DNA of 63,445 nucleotides, filler included. It is 8 parts of 8 records of this genome, joined end to end, with 100 filler letters (N's around TTAATTAATTAA, not from the genome) between each part and the next. Parts side by side here need not be neighbours in the genome. Positions count along the whole stretch, not along the records: positions 35,550 to 44,153 come from SRR31147125_10388; positions 44,254 to 50,422 come from SRR31147125_10396; 6 more parts are not named here. One strand, given 5' to 3'. The notes beneath the pieces are model-generated. The model was not told the DNA's origin. It searched no databases and was given only the letters and a program-made list of their open reading frames with translations. Positions 40,201 through 50,522 of the stretch are shown here, piece by piece. Numbering within the stretch: position 1 is the first letter of the stretch; every line of letters starts with the position of its first letter. The position numbers and the translations under genes are program-made.

Positions 40201-40716
40201 TGAACAGAATATAGATAAGTACGATGAGAAAAATACAGTGTGTATATCAAATCCAATTAAGGCAGATTTTATACTATATAGAGATCCAAACAGAGATATG
40301 GTGGGGCAATTTGCTTTAGCTGCTGAGATTCATAATGTAAACTTGTTTAAACCTCTTAGAGAAACTTTATATAAATGGACAAAAGAATCAAGAGATTTTT
40401 ACCTTCATGTTTTGATGGTCAAAAGGAAGCTTGATAGTGATCCTGAGAATCCTGAACCTATTGAGTATGAAATTACAGGGTTTGACCAGGCTTTTATAAC
40501 TAATTTTGGTGAAGATTATAACAATGATACAGGTAACAAAATGAACTTGATTTTAAACCAGAAAAAAATACTGCAATAGGTATGGCTAAGTATGATGTTA
40601 AGAAGATAGAGATTAATGGAGATTCTAGTGACTTGGAACTAGAAGAAACTGGATTTAGTTTGATAGACTCTAAAAAAATAGAAAAAATGATAAAACATTT
40701 AGAATTACAGATATAA
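40181..40716 (+). CDS. Divergent paralogue of the Hcp/tube-like protein, split at A7 run 40562-40568
   Basis: LYKW....DFY..V...QAFITNFGEDYNNDTGNKMNLILNQKK aligns by eye with LAQW...DCYRNV...NAFVVDYAEDFGDTAGVGTFNLIVKQKK. One added A extends the ORF to 40716. Confidence 0.55.
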
Positions 40717-40772
40717 AATAAAAAACTACAAAATAGAAAACTAAAGAATGTAACAAATGCAGGGAGGATTTA

Positions 40773-41387
40773 ATGAAATTAACTAGATGCAACAACGGAC
40801 ATATATTTAACGGAGCTGTCCATGCAGACTGTCCATACTGTTCTGATGGCAAGACTGTAAATATGGGTCAACAAACTTCAGCAATGCCTGTAGGAAATAA
40901 TAATAATGCCGGAAAGGTTAGTATGATGAATGTAAGAAGTGTTAGTGCAGCAAGACAAGAAAATGTACCTACTATGACTCCAATGGATTATGTACAAGAG
41001 GATGAAGATAAGACAGTCGCTTACTGGGTAGGAAATATGGATGGAGACCCGACGGTTGGTTGGTTAGTATGTGTACACGGTATGGATAGAGGAACAGACT
41101 ATAGGATAAAAAGTGAGAAAAACTTCATCGGTAGAGGTGAAGATATGGATATATGTATACAGGGAGATAAAAGTATCTCAAGGAGGAATCACTGTATAAT
41201 CAGTTATAATCCAAAACAGAGAAACTTTATGATTATTCCTGGAGATGGAACAGGGATTGTATACGTACAGAATGAAGCTATCTACTCACCACAAAATCTT
41301 GGACCGTTTGATTCTATTGAGATAGGTGAAAGCAAATTTGTATTTGTTCCATTATGTGGAGAAAACTTTGATTGGAAAATGGAGTAA
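40773..41387 (+). CDS. FHA domain protein with N-terminal Zn ribbon
   Basis: C..GH...CPYC, VGWLVC..G..RG.DY, NFIGR, ISRRNH and IEIG motifs. Confidence 0.9.
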   Translation: MKLTRCNNGHIFNGAVHADCPYCSDGKTVNMGQQTSAMPVGNNNNAGKVSMMNVRSVSAARQENVPTMTPMDYVQEDEDKTVAYWVGNMDGDPTVGWLVCVHGMDRGTDYRIKSEKNFIGRGEDMDICIQGDKSISRRNHCIISYNPKQRNFMIIPGDGTGIVYVQNEAIYSPQNLGPFDSIEIGESKFVFVPLCGENFDWKME

Positions 41388-41392
41388 TTGAT

Positions 41393-42211
41393 ATGATTAA
41401 CCTAATCTTATTTATATTAGGATTAATATTTATAGCTGTATCAGCTAAATATATTGGACAACCATCAAAATATTCAGAAATATTTGGGTTTTCATATATT
41501 GGATCTAGAAAAACTCAAGAAGATAGCTTGGGAGCGTTCAAGAAATCTGATAGAGAGTTTATCGTCATTTTGGCCGATGGGATGGGCGGAATGATGAGAG
41601 GGGAAGAAGCAAGTTCACAGGTAGTAAACTATATATTAGACGGTTTTATGGAGTTAAAAGGAGCGAATATTGGAGAACTCCTTCTGAAACTCATAAAAGA
41701 AGCAAATAACAGAGTATATAATTTTAATCAAAAAAATATAAGAGGCGGCGGAGCGGGAACTACATTGACAGCAATAATTGTAAAAAATAGAAAACTGTTT
41801 TGGATAAGTGTTGGAGATAGCCGTATTTATCTTCTAAGAAATAAAAAACTAACTAGGCTTAGTATAGATCACACTTATCAACAATTATTGCTTAGCCAGT
41901 TTTATAATAACTATATTAGTAGGGAAGAGTTTTACAAGAGGTTTAGAAAACGAAACCAATTAACAAGTTTTATAGGGGAAAAAGAGATAAGGGAAATTGA
42001 TAGAAACGTAAAGGAGTTTAGCCTGTTAAAAGGGGATAAGATTTTACTTTGTAGTGACGGTATCTACAATACACTTTCGGATGATGAGATACGTTACATT
42101 CTGACAACGTATAACGGAGAAACTCAACAGGAGATTATGTTGGAGGAGATAAAAGCAAAAGATGTTGTAAATCAAGACAATGCAAGTATGGCATTGGTTG
42201 AAGTATATTAG
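41393..42211 (+). CDS. PP2C Ser/Thr phosphatase with N-terminal TM
   Basis: G.R..QED, LADGMGG, GTT, VGDSR, LCSDG and QDN: all metal ligands are present. Confidence 0.92.
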   Translation: MINLILFILGLIFIAVSAKYIGQPSKYSEIFGFSYIGSRKTQEDSLGAFKKSDREFIVILADGMGGMMRGEEASSQVVNYILDGFMELKGANIGELLLKLIKEANNRVYNFNQKNIRGGGAGTTLTAIIVKNRKLFWISVGDSRIYLLRNKKLTRLSIDHTYQQLLLSQFYNNYISREEFYKRFRKRNQLTSFIGEKEIREIDRNVKEFSLLKGDKILLCSDGIYNTLSDDEIRYILTTYNGETQQEIMLEEIKAKDVVNQDNASMALVEVY

Positions 42212-42231
42212 AGTTGTAAGGGAGAAGTTTT

Positions 42232-44153
42232 ATGATTGCAAAGAATCTAAAGGCTGTAAAAAAGTTAAAAGATAAATTACCTCAAAAAGAAGAGACGGAG
42301 AAAGAGGAAGAAGAAGCAATTTCAGTTAAGGAAAGAATTAGTTGTAGAAGAGATATGGCTGATTTTAATACAGCATTCATTTCTAGAAGAGGAATACAAG
42401 AAATAAATCATAATAATTTTGCATTTATTGAAGCAGAAAATTATGCATGTTGGGCGCTTGCTGATGGATATGAAGAAAGCGGAGAAGCTGCACAAATGAT
42501 AATAGATGAAATAATGGCTGCTTTTATGACACAAGCAAAATTTTCAAATAAATATTTGAAAAAAATTCTTAAAAATGCTGAGAAAACACTGAATGAGAAG
42601 CGTCGAGAAAATTCACTATTAAGAGATCAAATAACATCACTTGCAGTTGTTTTATCTGACTATAACTCAATTAGAGTAGCATATATTGGAAATGTAAGAG
42701 TTTGTCATTTGATGAATGGAATGATAAATTATAAAACGAAAGATCACAGTGTAGCGCAATTAATATTTGATGCTAATAAAATGGGAGGAAAAGAATTAAG
42801 ATTCCATACCAGAAGGAATGATTTAACAAGGGCAATAGGAGCTAAGAAGAGTAAAGTTCAGATAGAGAAATATTCCATTAAATTAGGAAAGGGAGATTCA
42901 ATTTTACTTTCAACAGTTGGTGCTTGGGAGCATTTCGATGAGAGAGATATAGAGATAGAGTATACCAAAAGTGACTTAGTGAATGACTGGGTAGTTAATT
43001 TAGAGAAAAGAATATTTGCTTCTGGAGTAAAAGAAATAGGAAATTACACCCTTGTGGGAATTGATATAGGAGAGGTAGCAGAGGAGAGTGGAATTAAAAA
43101 AAGAAGAAAGTTTAACTACCTTCTTTGGATACCTGTGATACTTATTGTTATATTGCTATTATTAGTATCAGTTAGTTTTTTATCAGGTGCAAGCAAATTA
43201 AAAAAAACTCAGAAAAATATCCATTTATACCAAAATAAAGCACTGGAAGCATTACAAAAAGAGCATTTTTCTGAAAGTATAGAGAATTACAAAGCTGCTA
43301 TAGATGAATATGATGTTATGCTCATAGCGAATGAGAATAAAAATATTTTGGTAAAAAAATTCAAAATTCAGGAGTAATAAAAGAGAGTTTAGAAGAACAA
43401 AAAGAGCTTATCAACTCTAAAATGGAAAAAATATCTAAACTGATAAAAACACAAGAAACATTAACAATAATAGATGAAAAAGCGAATAACTATAATTTCT
43501 TAGAAGCCCTTAAAATATGTGATGACGTTATGGCAATATATCAAAATATTGATTTAAAGGATTCAAAAGAACTTATACCAAATTTAACCTCTGAATTAGA
43601 AGAAAAGAAAGTTAAATTACAAGAACTTAAATTGGCTCATAGCATGAAAGCAGAAGGGGATAAATTAGGCGATGAAAGTCAATATCAGGAAGCTGTAATT
43701 AAATATAGTAATGCCAAAGAGATATTTCTTAAATATGGAGATATGAAGATGCTTACTGAAATTAATGAAAGATTAGAGACGTTTTCCAGTGAAAGAGAGA
43801 AATTTATAGATACGGCATTATTACATGAAAATAAAGCGTATGATACAGAATATTCAGCACCTGCAAAAGCTATTGAGCATTTTAACTCAGCTATTGCAAT
43901 ATATAGAATGCTCGAAAATAACAACAGGGTGGAGACATTAACCGATAAAATGGCAAAGGTTAATGTTAGAATAAATGAGCAGCAAAGCAAGGGGGATGAG
44001 ATGTTTGCTGAGGCTTTAATATTTGAAACATCTCAAAATTATGACTCAGCTATTAAGAAACTTAGTGAATCAAAAGAGATATATGAGGCTATAGAATCAA
44101 AGGAATCAATAAAAAAAGTCAATTCTGAGATTGAAAAAGTAACTGAATTAAAA
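42232..44153 (+). CDS. Degenerate PP2C domain + TM + TPR/coiled-coil protein, split at A7 run 43353-43359, 3' truncated
   Basis: ALADG is retained, but GNVR, STVG and GN replace GDSR, SDG and DN. One added A joins 42232-43377 to the 43422 ORF, which has TPR-like helices. Confidence 0.8.
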
Positions 44154-44253
44154 NNNNNNNNNNNNNNNNNNNNNNNNNNNNNNNNNNNNNNNNNNNNTTA
44201 ATTAATTAANNNNNNNNNNNNNNNNNNNNNNNNNNNNNNNNNNNNNNNNNNNN
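44154..44253. other. Artificial contig spacer
   Basis: N44-TTAATTAATTAA-N44. Confidence 0.99.
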
Positions 44254-44435
44254 GGGGCGGCGCATCGGGAGATCACCGAAGGAACATAACCCGTATCCGC
44301 CATTTCGGGGAAAATGACAACAGCGCATCCCTCCGCCTTTGCGCGAGAGGCATACCCGGCAATCCTGTTACAGTTGGCCGGCAAATCACCGACGGAACAA
44401 TCCATCTGGGCTAAACCTATTTTCACTTGTGACAT
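44254..44435 (-). CDS. Carbon-nitrogen hydrolase (nitrilase family), 3' truncated
   Basis: KIGLAQM...GD..AN.........A..G..VVIFPEM..TGY (catalytic Glu motif). Confidence 0.85.
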
Positions 44436-44521
44436 CCTATGGATTATCATAACCGGATGACTGATGCAATGCAAACTGCAGAGATCTCTGCACCGGCGTC
44501 ATCATAGATAGGCAGTTCTAC

Positions 44522-45532
44522 CTATTTTTCATAATAAGCAAATCCAAGTTGATGGACTGCTCGTTCTACCCTTTCCTTGTCTTGAACTCTATGCAGAATC
44601 ATAATGTACTCATCGGATTCTGTATCGATAAACCCCAATTGCAGACTATTTTTCCGTAATGGCTTATCATAATCTTCGAAGACATTATCAAATGAAACGG
44701 TTGCTTCCATACCATAGTTTTCCGGTTTTGGTAAATCAATCTTCAGATTATAATTGCTTTCAATATTCCTGTATAATGACCATTCTAAATCTGCAATATC
44801 AGCTTTCCAATCCATACGCATTATGAAGGGGGATTCTTTTTCCTCCAGAATACAGATAAGATCAATCAGTACAATTTCAGGGTCTTCATCTTTATGCTGC
44901 TCTATAAAGTCAAGAATATCCTTTTTACATGAATCATTTTCGATACATAGATGGATCAAATCCTGAAAACCATTTTTATGATCCTTGTTCAATGAAATAT
45001 TATTTGCTTCTTTTCCCGGCGTTTTCACCTGTTCTTTTTGCATCAAATCAGCATTTTTGCGTGTAGTAAGGTTGCTCTCAGCCAGTTTCTTAAGCTCTGA
45101 CATCGTTCTTTCCACTCTTCTCAGAGTTTTTAAATCATTTGCAGGCTTATGAAGTTCCGGAATTTGGAACCACTCGATACCGTTGCCTCCATTGCATTTT
45201 CTCAGCTCAAGACTGTTTCCAATTTTAGCAATAAAATAAAATTCAGTAGGAAAATTGTAATCAAACACATCATAAAAAATAATTGAACTCGGCAGAAAAA
45301 AAGATCTCCCTCCTGATTCATAGTAAATTCCATCTCTTGTCAATTGCGCATTCATAAACACTTTAGGCTCTCTTTTCTTAAACACTGAAAGGAGAGATTC
45401 TCTTGTTCTCTTTAATTCGTAATGATTCTCATCTGTGTTCTCAAAGATAAAATCAAATAGTTCAACATTTATGAATTCACTTCCTATTAGTTCTCCACTT
45501 AATTTTTCTTCTTTATAATATATTCTGGCCAT
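44522..45532 (-). CDS. Hypothetical protein (C-terminal DUF6630-like)
   Basis: 336-aa ORF; C-terminal domain with DWK and GFIDT.SDEY. Confidence 0.55.
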   Translation of the reverse strand: MARIYYKEEKLSGELIGSEFINVELFDFIFENTDENHYELKRTRESLLSVFKKREPKVFMNAQLTRDGIYYESGGRSFFLPSSIIFYDVFDYNFPTEFYFIAKIGNSLELRKCNGGNGIEWFQIPELHKPANDLKTLRRVERTMSELKKLAESNLTTRKNADLMQKEQVKTPGKEANNISLNKDHKNGFQDLIHLCIENDSCKKDILDFIEQHKDEDPEIVLIDLICILEEKESPFIMRMDWKADIADLEWSLYRNIESNYNLKIDLPKPENYGMEATVSFDNVFEDYDKPLRKNSLQLGFIDTESDEYIMILHRVQDKERVERAVHQLGFAYYEK

Positions 45533-45568
45533 AAATCCTTATTTTTTCCTTACTCAAAGTCGCCTGAA

Positions 45569-46123
45569 TTATCGACAACATCCTGACGACAATTCTTTTA
45601 CATACAATTTCATCTTTACGTTCTCCATCCTTAATATTTCTTTCTCAAATTTCATTCCACACTTCTCAGCCACCCTTTCAGATCTCTTGTTTGCGGGTTT
45701 AATCATAGCCACGACTCTATTTAATTTCTTTTGGGTAAATGCATACTCGATCAGTGCATTTGCGGCCTCTGAGGCATAGCCTTTCCCCCAATACTTTTTA
45801 TTGATAACATATATTACTTCAATCTCGGGCTTTCCCTCTATTTCCTTTTCGAGCAAACCGCAATGGCCAACCAGCGTGCCGGAAGATTTCTCTATTACAG
45901 GCCAGAGATCATATTCATATTGATATGGATTGCTGCTGTCTTCTGTCAATCCTTTCCGCAAATCATTTGTATCTCTAGGTCCACCCATAAATTTCGTAAC
46001 ATCAGAATCAATCCAGAGTTCCAATATGTCATCAACATCTTTTGGTTCCAGATTTCTCAAGATTAGCCGATCCGTATTCAAATTTATAATATGTTTGTCC
46101 TTATCGGATTGTTTCTGTGCCAT
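45569..46123 (-). CDS. GNAT N-acetyltransferase (RimJ/RimL type)
   Basis: T.RLILR, YWGKGYASEAA and N..S..VAEKCGM motifs. Confidence 0.92.
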   Translation of the reverse strand: MAQKQSDKDKHIINLNTDRLILRNLEPKDVDDILELWIDSDVTKFMGGPRDTNDLRKGLTEDSSNPYQYEYDLWPVIEKSSGTLVGHCGLLEKEIEGKPEIEVIYVINKKYWGKGYASEAANALIEYAFTQKKLNRVVAMIKPANKRSERVAEKCGMKFEKEILRMENVKMKLYVKELSSGCCR

Positions 46124-46183
46124 ATATTTCCTCTTTCAATAAAGTTGAAAATTCACATCCTTCTATATATAATCAGGATATAT

Positions 46184-47080
46184 TCAAAGTTTATGTTGAT
46201 TACTAATTGCCGCTTCAACATTTCTCGAGAACAGAGAGAACGGTATTTCAGTATGATATTTACCAAGAACTTCCTTGTATTGATGGGTTGTCATATCCTT
46301 AAGTTCAGAAAGTAAAAATTGTCCCTGAATTGATTCAATATTATTCCTGAAATCTTCTGCCATCCTGGTATTCATTGGCTGCTTAATATGCTTTTGATTC
46401 CACGGGCAGGCATCCTGGCATATTTCGCAGTCGCCGATTCTGTTTTGCGCCTTATGCCTGGCTTCCTCCGAATAATGATCTGTCTGTAAAAGATTAGATA
46501 AGCACCGATCTCGATATAGTTTGAAAGGTTTTTCCAGTGCATCCATGGGGCAGCTTATTTGACATCTATTGCACCTATTGCACTTATTCGACACCTGTTC
46601 TGTACAATAATCCATAACTGCATCAGTTATGATTCCACCCAGAGCTAAAAAAGTGCCATACTCCTTTGAAATCAATAAAGTATGTTTTCCCTGCCAGCCA
46701 AGTCCTGCCCTAACGGCAGCTAGTTTTAACGGCAGGATCGATCCTGTTTCCTTTGAGCTATCACAAGCGACCGCCTTATACCCTTCACTCTTCAATAGTC
46801 GAACTATTGGTTCTAACGGTTTTATTACATCAAGAAAGAAACCAGATAAATAAAGCCGGCTTGTTCTGCCATATGTTCTGTCATCCCACACCGGTAGTAC
46901 AATTCCACCGATATAAATACCAACAACTATAATTGATTTCGCTTCCGGCAAAGTGATTTTTGGATCCCTGCGTATAGAATTATCAATCATATAATCAGGA
47001 AATGGTGACGCATCAGTAAAACCGACAACATCTATACCAGATTCTGCAGCGAGATCTCTGATTTTATCTGATATCACCAC
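46184..47080 (-). CDS. Epoxyqueuosine reductase (QueG)-like Fe-S protein
   Basis: DP....P.AKSIIV, K..AVRAGLGWQGKHTL, CxxCxxCxxxCP and DCEICQDACPWN motifs. Confidence 0.8.
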   Translation of the reverse strand: MVISDKIRDLAAESGIDVVGFTDASPFPDYMIDNSIRRDPKITLPEAKSIIVVGIYIGGIVLPVWDDRTYGRTSRLYLSGFFLDVIKPLEPIVRLLKSEGYKAVACDSSKETGSILPLKLAAVRAGLGWQGKHTLLISKEYGTFLALGGIITDAVMDYCTEQVSNKCNRCNRCQISCPMDALEKPFKLYRDRCLSNLLQTDHYSEEARHKAQNRIGDCEICQDACPWNQKHIKQPMNTRMAEDFRNNIESIQGQFLLSELKDMTTHQYKEVLGKYHTEIPFSLFSRNVEAAISNQHKL

Positions 47081-47088
47081 GAGTCTCC

Positions 47089-47729
47089 TCAGTCAATGAC
47101 TTTAATATTGTAACATGCAGCCAGGAATAATGGTATGTACATTGAACCTAGTAATAGTCTTTGCCATAAGCCAGTTAGTCCTATTACTGAGTTTTTATAT
47201 TCATCCCTCTCTGACATTACAAATAGAACAAAGAACACAATACTTACAACAAACATTGAAATCGAAAATATTCCAAATAATGCCCTGTTTAATTTTAAAG
47301 CTAATAAACCGATCATCAAAGGAATAAATGTAAAAAGCATAAATCCGATCCCCGCTCCTATTCCATGTATTTTTGAAGCAGTACTCTCCATATCTTTTTT
47401 TCATCAACACTAAACAATCCAGAAAGAACTCCGGCTCCAATACCAAAGACAAACATTATCATCAAAATCGCCACTGAATAGAAATTTGATACTGTTTGAT
47501 ATTCTATAAAGACTTTTACAGAAGATAAACAAATGAGTATACCCAGAAGAATCAACCAAATGTTGTAGATCTTAGCAACTGGACTTTTAGGATTACCGAG
47601 AACACTCATCACATGTCGTTTATGACTGTATCCGGGGTAAAAGACCGCCAATGAATAAGGAACAATAAAATCTCCGGCCAATGCTATAAGTAAAAGTATC
47701 CATGGTATGTTTGTATGTAAATAGTTCAT
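47089..47729 (-). CDS. DUF998-like membrane protein, split at T7 run 47395-47401
   Basis: PGYSH....MS.LG, then after the frameshift IHG and GLWQRL. One added A joins the two ORFs. Confidence 0.75.
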
Positions 47730-47812
47730 ATTTCACTTCCTGATATATTGTTCATCCCAGTTATTCAATAATGGTTAAGATATATTTTACGGTTTAATAA
47801 TCTTTAAAAATG

Positions 47813-48514
47813 TCATGATAAAAACTTGTTAATCCTTGCCTTTATGAAATCATGGACTTCTGGATTCTTCTGACTCCATCTGTGGATTGGATGAGGACAA
47901 TTTTCAATTATATTTTTGTCGAACAGGGAAGAGTTTGAAAGTCCCGATGAATACATATCAGTCACTTCCTCTGGAATGATGTCATCCTCTGAACCAATAA
48001 AGAATAATGACTTACCATAATAATTACTGAGTATCTCGATAATATCCGTATTCATAAATGAGTTAGTTTTTCTGATAATTTCGGTAAAACCTTCAGAGAA
48101 TCCTATATCCCAGGCTTTAGTCGAGTATGCAGCAGGACAGAACAGAATCAGATTCTCTATATGGTAATCTCGAACTAATGTACTGGCAACATACCCACCC
48201 ATACTGGATCCGATAACAGTTAACTTATCCTTTAAATTGAAGAAATCCAATATTGCTTTTGCTTCTGCATTTCGCTTTTTCAGGCTCGACTCCTCAATTT
48301 TTCCTGTACTATCCCCTTGGCCGGAAAAGTCAAATCTGATAACTGATTTGCGATGAGAATGGAAAACCGGCAATAAATATTCTGTTGATTTTTTACTTGA
48401 AGGACCTCCTCCATGCAGACATATTACAGATGGGGAAGTGGTTTCATCAAAATAATCAACTTCACAGGACAGGATTTCTTTTCCTGCGCAAATCTTATAC
48501 TTAACAGTTTTCAA
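47813..48514 (-). CDS. Alpha/beta hydrolase
   Basis: LHGGG, FDFSGQGDS and GSSMGG nucleophile elbow. Confidence 0.88.
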   Translation of the reverse strand: MKTVKYKICAGKEILSCEVDYFDETTSPSVICLHGGGPSSKKSTEYLLPVFHSHRKSVIRFDFSGQGDSTGKIEESSLKKRNAEAKAILDFFNLKDKLTVIGSSMGGYVASTLVRDYHIENLILFCPAAYSTKAWDIGFSEGFTEIIRKTNSFMNTDIIEILSNYYGKSLFFIGSEDDIIPEEVTDMYSSGLSNSSLFDKNIIENCPHPIHRWSQKNPEVHDFIKARINKFLS

Positions 48515-48540
48515 AACAGTCTCCAGTATTCAAAAATCAG

Positions 48541-48887
48541 CTAATTGAAAAACTTTCCCTTAAAAATATTCTCACTTCCAAGTTTCTTTGCGGTCATCCG
48601 AAACATAACGCAGCCGTCCGGGCATACAATTTCCTTGCAATATTTGCTATTTCCTCCGATGTTCTCTAAATCACCGCCACTTCTACCGCCTCCATGATTG
48701 GGAACATGATCATCATGACTTTGGAGCAAATACCCTGACCATCCTTATTTACAGGACAGCCATAAGTGCAGGTGTACTTATCTCCGATTTCCTCACCATT
48801 TCGGCAATAACTCTCTGTTTGGTCGCCTCGAAGAAACCCTGTTACCTCGATTTCCCATTCATACTCCTCATCATACCATTTCTTCAT
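48541..48887 (-). CDS. TIGR04076-like Cys-rich protein, split by 1-bp deletion near 48684
   Basis: CRNG...GD, CP, GICS and CPDG. One added A gives EAVRSGGDL and joins the two ORFs. Confidence 0.7.
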
Positions 48888-49068
48888 AATCGACCTCCCA
48901 ATTTCTATATATCAGACTGGTAATGTTAAATCCAGAAAAGGGTAGCTTTCTGCTGAGCATTCATTTGTATAATCACAAAACATCTTTCATCTTTTAAAAG
49001 TACATCTTTTGTTTCTTATTGCCAATAACATCTCAGTATATGCTTTGTAGTGAGAGTTACACGTAATA

Positions 49069-49578
49069 TCATCCATCCCAGCTCCTAAGTATAGGCTCAA
49101 GAGTTCTGTAAGGATAGATAATCTTGAATAGTTGATAATTTATATTATTGTTTATCAACTCCTTTTCTGGATACAAGAAATGCACAGTCAGTATCACATC
49201 ATAAGTACTTAATTTTAGATCCCTAATATCCTTCCCAGGTCCAATATGTTTAATCAGGCAATCATTAGTGCTTCTCCAAACCGCATTCAAATCATTCATG
49301 ATTTTAAAAGTTTCAATTCGCGATGAAAAGAAGTACTCATTGAATACTGTCATGATTTGTCCAGTACTACCACGAAAGCGGAAATCGTGTATATCAAAAT
49401 AGTACTCTGGCTCTTTTGGATGGTGCTCAATATATTCAGATAGACTTAGCTGTACTATATCACAAACAATTCTATTTCTATCTACAGATGAAACCATATC
49501 TATATTATTAATAAATACATCATGAATTGCGGTGAGAGCAGCGGAATACTTTCCAAAGAAATCTTTTTTATCTGACAT
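49069..49578 (-). CDS. Hypothetical protein
   Basis: 169-aa ORF co-oriented with its neighbours; no recognised motif. Confidence 0.55.
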   Translation of the reverse strand: MSDKKDFFGKYSAALTAIHDVFINNIDMVSSVDRNRIVCDIVQLSLSEYIEHHPKEPEYYFDIHDFRFRGSTGQIMTVFNEYFFSSRIETFKIMNDLNAVWRSTNDCLIKHIGPGKDIRDLKLSTYDVILTVHFLYPEKELINNNINYQLFKIIYPYRTLEPILRSWDG

Positions 49579-49615
49579 TACTTTTCATCGTTCAAACTGA
49601 AGAATACATTTTGGT

Positions 49616-50155
49616 TTAATCTAACATATATAATAAAAAACAAAATTGTCCTGCAAGTTCAATTTGTCTTTTGTATTCTGATAAAAATTCCATAAAATCT
49701 TCATCATTGATTCCTTCAGGGATTTCGTAATCTCCTGAATTTATATCACATTGTAATTTATATAGTTTATCTTTTGCACAATATATTGATCCGCAAGATA
49801 ACTGTAATTCTGTATTTTCATCATCTTTTAGATTAATTATATATGTATCAAACCAATCTCTTGGAACAAGTGTTTCAAAATTTGGAATAAAAGAATATTC
49901 ATCCGGGATTTCTCCGCCAATATTCTGTCTGATATATTTAATTCTATCCGCATCAATCCCCTCAAGCCACATGAATTCGAGATTTTCAGAATTTTCTTCA
50001 GAGGTAATTTTGCAGACCTTGTCTCCAATAAATTCAACCAATTCTTCCAATTTTGCTTTTTTGTAGTAATCTAAAATAATTTCAATCTGAGTTTGTTCTG
50101 ATAGATGCTGATAATTCAAATAATCTATTAGTCCTGTTCCATATCTTTGCGGCAT
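49616..50155 (-). CDS. Hypothetical acidic protein
   Basis: 179-aa ORF with AAGGAG RBS. Confidence 0.65.
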   Translation of the reverse strand: MPQRYGTGLIDYLNYQHLSEQTQIEIILDYYKKAKLEELVEFIGDKVCKITSEENSENLEFMWLEGIDADRIKYIRQNIGGEIPDEYSFIPNFETLVPRDWFDTYIINLKDDENTELQLSCGSIYCAKDKLYKLQCDINSGDYEIPEGINDEDFMEFLSEYKRQIELAGQFCFLLYMLD

Positions 50156-50422
50156 AAACCTATCTCCTTATGAATATTTTTTTATTTTCTTCAATCGGCA
50201 ATGCATGGCCGGATTTCAAAACCCACATTATTATACACACATTTCCTATTATGTGTGATATTATTCTCTAATTTAAAAACTTCAGATGCCTTCTCAATTG
50301 TAAGATATGCCAGCAATGCCAAACGAATCCGATACATGGTCGAACTGCATCTGAACCTTTGAATAAGGAACTCACAATTCAAAAAATCGATAGCATCTTA
50401 ACGGCCTTGTATGAAGAAAAAA

Positions 50423-50522
50423 NNNNNNNNNNNNNNNNNNNNNNNNNNNNNNNNNNNNNNNNNNNNTTAATTAATTAANNNNNNNNNNNNNNNNNNNNNN
50501 NNNNNNNNNNNNNNNNNNNNNN
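50423..50522. other. Artificial contig spacer
   Basis: N44-TTAATTAATTAA-N44. Confidence 0.99.

Noticed and set aside
6012-44153. Linking the contractile sheath/tube of contig B with the Hcp/FHA cluster of contig E into one system
   Set aside because: They are on different contigs separated by spacers, with different composition, and probably come from different organisms.
50191-50382. 63-aa ORF at the end of contig F
   Set aside because: No RBS or motif; likely spurious or a fragment.
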